Below, one piece after another: positions 56,542-64,000 of a DNA stretch of 64,000 nt (within the stretch, counting starts at the first letter, position 1; every line of letters begins with the position of its first letter). Both the position numbers and the translations under genes were made by a program. Source of the stretch: Candidatus Latescibacterota bacterium (lineage in GTDB: Bacteria > Latescibacterota > UBA2968 > UBA8231); the NCBI GenBank assembly GCA_965215195.1, contig CBDCDC010000002.1, forward strand, positions 3,520,001 through 3,584,000. Direction: 5' to 3'. The notes beneath the pieces were generated by a model, which did no database searches, was not told where the DNA came from, and saw only the letters and a program-made list of their open reading frames with translations.

Positions 56542-58155
56542 ATGACCAGCACTGAGTTGCGTCGCCAATGCTGTCGACGGAAAGCTCGCGGTGGCGGCCC
56601 CAATACTGGGGCCGGACTGCTCGTCGGCTGCGCGGCATTCGCCATCTGCTTCTTGGTATGCACCCAGAAGCTTCTCAGCGAGGAGTCCGACGGACTCGTG
56701 GCGTCGCCAATGCCGTCGACGGAAAGTTCCCGACAGAGTGAACACCACTACAGACTCGGTCTGCGCCATGCGCAGAGCGGTGACTTCCAGAGCGCCGAGC
56801 GGGAATACAGGAAAGCGATCGAGATGGACTCGAATGACATTCGCCCGCACGACGGCCTCGGTTTCATCTATGCTTTGCAGAACAGATTCCGAGAGGCAGA
56901 GGCAGAATTCGAGAGAGTACTGGAGATCAACCCCGACTATGCGCCGTCTCTCTACAAGCTGGGAAAGATCTTCCTGATCCGCCAAGATCGCGAAAAAGCG
57001 AAGGATGCCTACGAAAGAGTGATCGCATCTGAGCCGACATACTTCCCCGCTCATCACGGGCTCGGCATGATCTACTCGCAGGAGGGAAAACCGGCGGCGG
57101 CGGCGGAGCACTTCAAGACTGTGCTCCGGCTCAAGTCCGACTACGGCCCCTCTCGCTATCGACTTGGAGCCATCTATCTTCAGGAACAGGAATACGCGAA
57201 AGCGATAGAAGAACTACAGCAGGCTGCACAGCTAATCGAGAATGAACCGTCAATTCACTACATCTTGGGAAATGCGTACATGGCCATCGGCAGACTGAGC
57301 GAAGCAGCAGACGCATTTGCCGCAACCCTGCGGCTCGACCCCCGCCGTGCAGATGCGCACGACAAGCTGGGGCTCGTCTACACCGAACAATCACACGTGC
57401 CCTTGGGAGCGGCAATGGCAGACCAAGACAAACTCGCTGCCGCCGTGAAGGAACACCGCGAGGCGGTTGAGCTGGCCCCCGACAACGGCTGGTTCCAGCA
57501 CAACCTCGGCATGGCCTATGAGCGGCAGCGCAACTACGAGGAAGCGGCGGCCCAGTACAGAAAGACCCTGACGGTGGAGCCCGACCTTGCGTACACGCGC
57601 TATCGCCTCGGTATGATTTACTTTAGAAACAGGAAATACGAGGAGGCTATCGACCAGTACAGGCAGGCAATTGAGCGCGGGCCGGACAACACGCTCTTCC
57701 ACTACGCCCTCGGAGCTGTGTATGCCCGGACCGGAAGGACCGAAGAGGCGATTGCGGAGTATGAGAAGGCCATCGGACTTGACTACTTCAACGCAGAAGC
57801 GCATTTCGGTCTCGCTAACGCCTATCTCAAGCAAGGGAATCGCGAAGAGGGCGAGAGGGAGATGCAGATATACTGGAAGCAGCGCGAAGGCAACATCGCC
57901 GAACTCGAGCGCAGCGTCGCCTTGGCCCCGGACAATCCTCAGTTTCACTTCGCGCTCGCTGTGCAGTACTCCAGACAGGGGCGGGACATCAGCGCCATCA
58001 ATGAGTACAAGCTCGCCATTGCTCTCGACCCTGCCAATGCCGAATACCATCGCCGTCTCGGCGACGCCTACCTGAAAACGGGCAGGTACCATGAAGCGGA
58101 TGAGCAGTTCCAGCTCGCTCGCCGACTGGAGCCGGCAGACGAGAACGGACCCTGA
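56542..58155 (+). CDS. Tetratricopeptide repeat protein
   Basis: About 13 canonical 34-aa TPRs (LG..Y...A...Y..A....P); start uncertain. Confidence 0.88.
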   Translation: MTSTELRRQCCRRKARGGGPNTGAGLLVGCAAFAICFLVCTQKLLSEESDGLVASPMPSTESSRQSEHHYRLGLRHAQSGDFQSAEREYRKAIEMDSNDIRPHDGLGFIYALQNRFREAEAEFERVLEINPDYAPSLYKLGKIFLIRQDREKAKDAYERVIASEPTYFPAHHGLGMIYSQEGKPAAAAEHFKTVLRLKSDYGPSRYRLGAIYLQEQEYAKAIEELQQAAQLIENEPSIHYILGNAYMAIGRLSEAADAFAATLRLDPRRADAHDKLGLVYTEQSHVPLGAAMADQDKLAAAVKEHREAVELAPDNGWFQHNLGMAYERQRNYEEAAAQYRKTLTVEPDLAYTRYRLGMIYFRNRKYEEAIDQYRQAIERGPDNTLFHYALGAVYARTGRTEEAIAEYEKAIGLDYFNAEAHFGLANAYLKQGNREEGEREMQIYWKQREGNIAELERSVALAPDNPQFHFALAVQYSRQGRDISAINEYKLAIALDPANAEYHRRLGDAYLKTGRYHEADEQFQLARRLEPADENGP

Positions 58156-58166
58156 GCTGACACCGG

Positions 58167-59876
58167 ATGGTTCGCGGATCTCGCCTCTACACCTCTGGGC
58201 TCTATCTCATCTCGCTCTCCCTCTGTGGCCCCTTGCAGGCCGACGACGGGTTCGTGCTCGGCACCCGCGTACAGTTTGTCGATGTCTCGGCCGAGGTCGG
58301 CGTCACCTTGATGAACGTCTCCGGTGATGGCGAACAGCAGTACGTGGTTGATGCCTTCATGGGGGGGTCGGCCTTCTTCGACTACGACCGGGATGGGGAC
58401 CTAGATCTGTATGTGCTGAACGGGTCGAGAGTGGGAGGATTTCCCGGCCGGGATCGTCCGCGCAATGCCCTCTACCGCAACGAGGGTGCGACGTTTTCGA
58501 ACGCCACAGAAGAATCGGGTCTCGGGGACACCGGTTGGGGAATGGGCTGCGCTGTCGCCGATTACGACAACGACGGGGATGGGGACATCTACGTGACCAA
58601 CTACGGCAGCAACGCGCTGTACGAAAATCGGGGAGATGGGGTCTTTGCCGATGTCGCGCAGCGCACCGGAGTCTTCGGAGATGAGGCATTCAGCACTGGA
58701 TGTGCTTTCTTCGACTACGACCGCGATGGTGATCTCGACCTGTATGTGGCGAACTACGTCGATTTCGATCATTTCATGGAAACCACTCCCGACAGGAGGC
58801 ACGAGTGGCGGGGGTTGACCGTCCATTTCGGACCTCACGGGATGCGGGGAGAGGCGGACGTATTCTACCGCAACGAGGGCGAAGGCGTCTTTTCCGATGC
58901 GACGGCCGTAGCCGGTCTTGTGGAGCGCGACATGCTGTACGGACTCGGTGTAGTTGCGGGAGACTACGACAATGACGGCGATTCGGATATTTACGTGGCC
59001 AATGATACGGGGCCCAACTATCTCTACGAGAACAAGGGCGACGGGACCTTTACCGACGTGGCTTGGATGAAGGGTGCGGCATACGGCGAGGGCGGCGAGC
59101 CACAGGGATGCATGGGCATCGCCTTCGGGGACTACGACAACGACGCGTATCCAGACATACTGGTCACCAACTTTTGGGAAGAGACGAACACCTTGTATCA
59201 CAACGACGGAGGGCGGTTTTTCTCGGATCGCACTTTCGATGCGGGAGTGGGGTTGGAGAGCTTCCAGTTCCTCGCTTGGGGCACCGGGTTCTTCGACTAC
59301 GACAACGATGGCGACAAGGATCTTTTCGTCGCCAACGGCCATGTCTATCCGCAGATCGACAGGGCGAACTTGGGAGTCAGCTATGCCCAGACCAATCAGC
59401 TGTTCGAGAACGTGGGGGATGGCACCTTTGCCGAAGTGTCCCGGACCTCGGGCGCGGGACTACAGATCGAGAAGGTAAGTAGGGGCGCTTCTTTCGGGGA
59501 TTATGATGAGGATGGCGACCTCGACATATTCATCTTGGAGCTCAACGATCTCCCGACGCTGCTGCGCAACGACGGGGGGGGTCGAAACAACTATCTGATA
59601 GTGCGAACGGAAGGCACCGAGAGCAACAGAGACGGCATCGGCGCTCGGGTAAAACTCCGCTGCGGGGACGCGACTCAGGTCGCTGAGGTGCGGAGCGGTT
59701 CGAGCTATCTATCGCAGAACGACTTGAGGGTCCACTTCGGCTTGGGCGAATGCACTACTGTAAACCGGCTGGAAGTATTCTGGCCGAGCGGTCTGGTCGA
59801 GAGCTTTGCAGATCTGTCCTCCAACAGGGTCTTGGTGATTCGCGAGGGAAGCGGAATCGTTCAGCAGAGCCAGTGA
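58167..59876 (+). CDS. CRTAC1 family FG-GAP/VCBS repeat protein with ASPIC/UnbV domain
   Basis: Repeated DYDNDGD.D.YV.N; SNRDGIGARV, SYLSQ...HFGLG, V.WPSG. Confidence 0.92.
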   Translation: MVRGSRLYTSGLYLISLSLCGPLQADDGFVLGTRVQFVDVSAEVGVTLMNVSGDGEQQYVVDAFMGGSAFFDYDRDGDLDLYVLNGSRVGGFPGRDRPRNALYRNEGATFSNATEESGLGDTGWGMGCAVADYDNDGDGDIYVTNYGSNALYENRGDGVFADVAQRTGVFGDEAFSTGCAFFDYDRDGDLDLYVANYVDFDHFMETTPDRRHEWRGLTVHFGPHGMRGEADVFYRNEGEGVFSDATAVAGLVERDMLYGLGVVAGDYDNDGDSDIYVANDTGPNYLYENKGDGTFTDVAWMKGAAYGEGGEPQGCMGIAFGDYDNDAYPDILVTNFWEETNTLYHNDGGRFFSDRTFDAGVGLESFQFLAWGTGFFDYDNDGDKDLFVANGHVYPQIDRANLGVSYAQTNQLFENVGDGTFAEVSRTSGAGLQIEKVSRGASFGDYDEDGDLDIFILELNDLPTLLRNDGGGRNNYLIVRTEGTESNRDGIGARVKLRCGDATQVAEVRSGSSYLSQNDLRVHFGLGECTTVNRLEVFWPSGLVESFADLSSNRVLVIREGSGIVQQSQ

Positions 59877-60140
59877 CGGCGGCCTGACGTGTATGGAACG
59901 CAACCGATCACCATCGGGGGGCAAAATAGTCACGACTCAACTCATCAGACGGTGTTTGCCCAACTCTTGATTGCAACAAAGAATCGCCCCTCGCTGGTTA
60001 GGCGGCTTCGTCGCTTTTGCCGGTGCAAAAACAGCATACTCTGCTTCCGTAAAATCGCAATAGCGCTCATTCTGGGCTTTCCCCTACTGGAGGAACTGTA
60101 CAGTTGGGAACCAACGACGAGGTTGAGCAAAGGGGAGATC

Positions 60141-61565
60141 ATGTTCGAGCAAATCGGCAAAGGTATCAACGTGGATGTCTCCCATCTTGAAGGTGGTCCA
60201 CCCGAAAAGGTGTTGTATGATCCTGCCCAGTATGATGCCGTCCAAGCAGCGGGATTCCAAAGCGTCCGCTTCTTCGTTGGTGCTGGGGAAGATCCTGCTA
60301 TCTACAAAAACAGGATACAGGACGCGCTTGACCGAGACCTTGCTGTCGTGATCTGCTTGTGGGGGAGCGGTCAATGGGCATCGAAGCCGAAAGAAGGGAT
60401 ACAGGAGTTTGTCGCAATTTGGGATAGAATTGCGAAGTACTACAAGGACTACCCCGGTAGCGTTGTCTTTGAACTTTGGAACGAACCGGCGGGGCTGATA
60501 GTGGAACCGGGAGGGATTCAGGGGATAAAGGACGGCAAAACCGTTATGGAATACCTCAACGCGGCGATCCCCATCATCAGGAAGACCAACCCAGACCGCA
60601 CTCTCGGAATCGGCGGACCTGGCTTTAACGGGTGTCGCGAACTCGAGGAATTCGTCACACCGGAATATCTGACGTACAGGCTGGAAGACGGCTCAGGGTT
60701 TGAGGACGACACCAATATCATCGGCATCTTCCACATGTATCAACCTCACAAGTTCACGCATGGAACCTCGGGACTAGGCGAAGTTCCTCGGTGGAAGGAT
60801 GAAGTGAGAGAGCAGATGGCACACCCGGTGGCATGGTCGAAGAAATGGAGGAAGCCTCTGCTTCTGAGCGAATGGGGCGCTTGGGTGCCGCCCTGCCATA
60901 CGGTTGAAGACTTCAAGGCCTATATTGGGTTTGTGGTCGACGAATGCAAGAAACACAACATCGGCTGGATGTATTATTGTGCAGGTTTCAACAACCAATG
61001 GGCCTTCAACATTCTCAATACCGAGGACGGTTGGAACCAGGACGCACTTGATATCCTTACGGAAGTCACGGCCCCCCCGCCTCCGCCTATGTCGCCACTC
61101 ATCAATTCGGAGTTCAGCAGCGGAACTGATCACTGGACTAGCGAAGGGTCCGTGCAGATGTCCATGGCGAGGAGCGCAGGCCTGAGCGGCTTGGCTGCAC
61201 TCAAAGTGGAAATCAAAAAATCGGACCGTGCCGAAATCTATCAGGAAACCCCGAAGAGAGAGTGGAGTCCTCCGGGTAGATACCTGATCTCCCTGAGAAA
61301 GGGAAGGCTCTATAAGGTATCCTTCTTGGCCAAGTCCGTGGGTGGGATGGGAACTCTCAAAGTGCGATTGGCCGACGTCTCCGGTTCGAGCGATGGGTTT
61401 TGGACATCCCCGCCGGTGACAATCTCGAACGCAAAAAGGGAATATACGATTGAGTACAAGCATACCGGCAGGGATGTAAGAGATGTCCGGGTGGCGTTCC
61501 TGTTTGGCGACAGAGACCAGGTTACCCTGCTGGATCGAATTGCACTGCACGGCTATCGGGAATAG
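60141..61565 (+). CDS. Glycoside hydrolase family 5 with C-terminal CBM4/9-like domain
   Basis: GFQSVR, FELWNEP (acid/base), HMYQP, LSEWG (nucleophile), Pro linker, INSEFSSGTDHW; AGGGGAG RBS before ATG 60141. Confidence 0.85.
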   Translation: MFEQIGKGINVDVSHLEGGPPEKVLYDPAQYDAVQAAGFQSVRFFVGAGEDPAIYKNRIQDALDRDLAVVICLWGSGQWASKPKEGIQEFVAIWDRIAKYYKDYPGSVVFELWNEPAGLIVEPGGIQGIKDGKTVMEYLNAAIPIIRKTNPDRTLGIGGPGFNGCRELEEFVTPEYLTYRLEDGSGFEDDTNIIGIFHMYQPHKFTHGTSGLGEVPRWKDEVREQMAHPVAWSKKWRKPLLLSEWGAWVPPCHTVEDFKAYIGFVVDECKKHNIGWMYYCAGFNNQWAFNILNTEDGWNQDALDILTEVTAPPPPPMSPLINSEFSSGTDHWTSEGSVQMSMARSAGLSGLAALKVEIKKSDRAEIYQETPKREWSPPGRYLISLRKGRLYKVSFLAKSVGGMGTLKVRLADVSGSSDGFWTSPPVTISNAKREYTIEYKHTGRDVRDVRVAFLFGDRDQVTLLDRIALHGYRE

Positions 61566-61672
61566 GTAGCAGCACTCGGAAAACGCGGATTACAGATCTG
61601 GCTAGCATCAGCCTAGAGACGACGGCTAAGGCCACCCCTCAGGCACTTTATTATTGAGGAGCGCGATGACCC

Positions 61673-63337
61673 CTACCGCACGGTAAACGCTGCCTCGAGC
61701 CTGTCCTCGTGGATTGACACCTCTGACTCGTAGCGGCTGTGCAGTTCCTTCATGTACTCGTTGAACGCGTTCCGGTGTCTCTCGCGTCTGAGCTGAGATC
61801 GGACCTTCATCTCAGCTTCGGCAAAGGTCTCGCGCTTGCGTTCCCGGGAGAGCACCTTGAAGATGGAGTAGCCCTCCTGCACCTCGACCGGTCCCGTGAG
61901 CTCGCCGATTTCGGCCTCAACCGCAGCTTCCACAAAACCGCCGAACTGGGGCGATTCGTAACGATGCACGTGGAATCGACCCTCGTCATCACGCACCTCA
62001 AGCGCGCGAATCGAATGTCTCTTCGCTAGGTCGCCCAAGGCGGTGCCGTCCTCAATCATCCCTTTCAACTGTAGTGCTTCTATTTCTGTTCTTACGAGGA
62101 TTTCCTGCACCTCGGTCTGTTCGGGATGCAGGAATCTCTCAGCGTTGTCCTCGTAGTACTGGCTCAGGTCGTCTTCAGTGATAGTCACTTTCTCCTTTAA
62201 CATCTTGGACCTGAGGACCCTTACCAATAGCTGTTTTCCCTGCTCTTTGAGCCATCGGGCCACTTCCTCTTCGCGATCGATCCCCTGGCGCACAGCCGCC
62301 TCCTGAATCATCACGTCCGGGACGATGTACTGCTCGACGAAGGAGGCCACCTGATCGGCGTCGCGGAGTGTCTTTAGGCCATTGCCCTTGCGGCTTTTGG
62401 CCGCGCCAATGAGGTCGGTAGCTGTGATCTGTCCGCTGTCGTACTGGTAGAGTACGATCGCAGATGGGTCGTGGCCGACAGCCGCCGCACCGGGGCGCAG
62501 TGCCTCAACGGCAGCGGCTATGCCGTCTCGGACCGGCTCAAGGCGGTATTTGTCCCTCAATTCCGCCACCAGCTCGGCCTTCGCGATTCTGCGCTTCTTT
62601 CGTTCGAGTTCTTTAGCGACTTTCATCCGCTGCTGCGGATTGAACTGAGCGGTCGTCTCATCGAGAATCTTGAAGATGGCGTATCGGTCACCGATTCGAA
62701 CCGGATCCGACACCGAGCCTACAGCGAGCCCGAACAGCTTCTCGGCGAGGCTGGGAATCATCTCGTACCTAGTGGTGAACCGGCCTGTGTCCCCGCCCCG
62801 GGCAGCGGTCTCTTCGTTCATCGACAGCTTCCTCGCGACATCCGCGAAGCTCGCCCCTTCCTCGATCTCCCTCGCGGCCTTCTCTGCCGTCGCGAGGTCG
62901 GCGACCAGGATGTCGCCTAGTCTGACAGCGCGGGCGAGCCCCTCCCGGTCTATGTACTCTTCTACTTCACCGTCTTCTACCGTTGCGTCGATCGCTCTTC
63001 GCTCGTACTCAAGGACGAGCTTCGCCTTCCTGATCCGGATCATCTTGGTCAGGTAGGCCGAGCTCTTCTCGAGGCCTTGGCTTCGGGCTTCCAGCAGCAG
63101 CAGTTCTATGTCGATCATGGTCTGTAGATGGTCTCTCAACGGCATCTTCCCGGCCTCCTCGCCCTTGGCGTACTCGGGCAGTTTGGCGAGGAAATCCCGC
63201 ACGTCCTGGACAGTGATCGTCTGGTCTCCAACCGCCGCGACCGTGGGATTTTCATCCTGCGGTCCGCAGCCTGTGCAAACTAAAAGGATCGCTAGGCTGC
63301 CTAGCGATCCGTAGGATAGAGAAAAAGCCCGCATCAA
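61673..63337 (-). CDS. Lipoprotein foldase with two PpiC/parvulin domains
   Basis: VCTGC lipobox, VA.VG...IT, GASFADVARKLS...GGD.G, second parvulin-like repeat. Confidence 0.85.
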   Translation of the reverse strand: MMRAFSLSYGSLGSLAILLVCTGCGPQDENPTVAAVGDQTITVQDVRDFLAKLPEYAKGEEAGKMPLRDHLQTMIDIELLLLEARSQGLEKSSAYLTKMIRIRKAKLVLEYERRAIDATVEDGEVEEYIDREGLARAVRLGDILVADLATAEKAAREIEEGASFADVARKLSMNEETAARGGDTGRFTTRYEMIPSLAEKLFGLAVGSVSDPVRIGDRYAIFKILDETTAQFNPQQRMKVAKELERKKRRIAKAELVAELRDKYRLEPVRDGIAAAVEALRPGAAAVGHDPSAIVLYQYDSGQITATDLIGAAKSRKGNGLKTLRDADQVASFVEQYIVPDVMIQEAAVRQGIDREEEVARWLKEQGKQLLVRVLRSKMLKEKVTITEDDLSQYYEDNAERFLHPEQTEVQEILVRTEIEALQLKGMIEDGTALGDLAKRHSIRALEVRDDEGRFHVHRYESPQFGGFVEAAVEAEIGELTGPVEVQEGYSIFKVLSRERKRETFAEAEMKVRSQLRRERHRNAFNEYMKELHSRYESEVSIHEDRLEAAFTVR

Positions 63338-63366
63338 GCACCTCCACTCAAGCTCGCGTCTATGCC

Positions 63367-64000
63367 CTAATCTAGACCGGCGTACATCGTGGCAAAGGAT
63401 ACGCTGCCCGTCTCGGTCTCGTTATCTATCGATCTTCTGGTCAATCTCATACCCATGTTCGTCAAAAGCCGGTAACCGAGGTAGTTGGTGACGTTCGAGA
63501 ACTGCACCGCTCCGACGATCTCGGTGAAATCGTCGAGCAGTCCCTCCTTGACCGCGGTCTCCGATTTGCGTAGCTGGTTGAAGATCGTGTACTCCACACC
63601 GGCCTGCATGGTGGAAGAAGAGAACAGCGGCCATCGCGCCAGCAGGGAAAGCTGCAGCGTGTCTTCCCTGCGCTTGGGATCAGACCTGAGCGCCGGAGCC
63701 TCCAGCCTGAGTTCGTTCTTTATTCTCGGCATGAGATCGACATAGGCGACCTTGCGCTCGAGGTCCACCTTGTTGATGAGACCGAAGAAGGTGTAGTCCT
63801 CGCGCAGATCGGGCTGTCGTTCGTTCTGGTGCCAGCGATCGTATTTGAACTTACTCACGAAATTCACATCCTCGATCTTGGTGTACTTGAAGCTCATGAA
63901 CGTGGAGTTTATCCATGTGTCCTGAGCCGCGAGGGGATCAACGGTTGGAACGTTCCGCCTCTCGAACTCGTTCCACTGGCGAAGATCGTTCTCGATGTTG
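63367..64000 (-). CDS. C-terminal part of a large hypothetical protein (possible beta-barrel), truncated by the window end
   Basis: Frame is open from the window edge (NIENDLRQW...DPLAAQDTWINSTFMSF...) to the stop at 63367; alternating amphipathic strands. Confidence 0.7.
   Translation of the reverse strand, partial: NIENDLRQWNEFERRNVPTVDPLAAQDTWINSTFMSFKYTKIEDVNFVSKFKYDRWHQNERQPDLREDYTFFGLINKVDLERKVAYVDLMPRIKNELRLEAPALRSDPKRREDTLQLSLLARWPLFSSSTMQAGVEYTIFNQLRKSETAVKEGLLDDFTEIVGAVQFSNVTNYLGYRLLTNMGMRLTRRSIDNETETGSVSFATMYAGLD

Noticed and set aside
58401-59342. 313-aa minus-strand ORF with repeated VVVV
   Set aside because: Mirror of the DYDND repeats of the CRTAC1-family gene

Overview
Chromosomal replication-origin region of a bacterium; gene content and protein styles suggest an FCB-neighbour lineage such as Latescibacterota or Gemmatimonadota (inference only). 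Bases 1-47 kb are mostly core genes: gyrB(partial)-dciA-recF-dnaN-oriC-dnaA, diverging from rpmH-rnpA-yidD-yidC-mnmE-parS x2-rsmG. Next come tmk, an S41 protease, RNase E/G, rplU/rpmA, sucCD, two glycosyltransferases, an XRE regulator, two DUF151 nucleases and a variant ccm cytochrome c maturation operon. Then HtrA/sigma54-activator/TPR genes, ispE-tRNA-Gln-rplY-pth, a membrane pyrophosphatase, rpsF-DUF2232-rplI and tRNA-Sec. Downstream of tRNA-Sec is an accessory region with a pectate lyase, a three-level nest of IS elements, glycoside-hydrolase-like genes, a decayed multiheme cytochrome and secreted FlgD/TPR/FG-GAP proteins. The best candidate for an undescribed system is at 22.08-22.96 kb: a structured ~170-200 nt RNA with its own sigma70 promoter, terminator and an exposed anti-Shine-Dalgarno loop. 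It is transcribed divergently from the XRE regulator, and both promoters carry the same ACAC-N8-GTGT palindrome in their spacers. Other notable items are a GyrA/ParC-like helical insert in the S41 protease, a second DnaA-box cluster with a long inverted repeat about 6 kb from oriC, a CcmF-CcmH fusion with a CxxxY CcmE, and several genes missing from their canonical operons (mnmG, parAB, prs, ssb, rpsR). All calls were made by eye; no database search was run.
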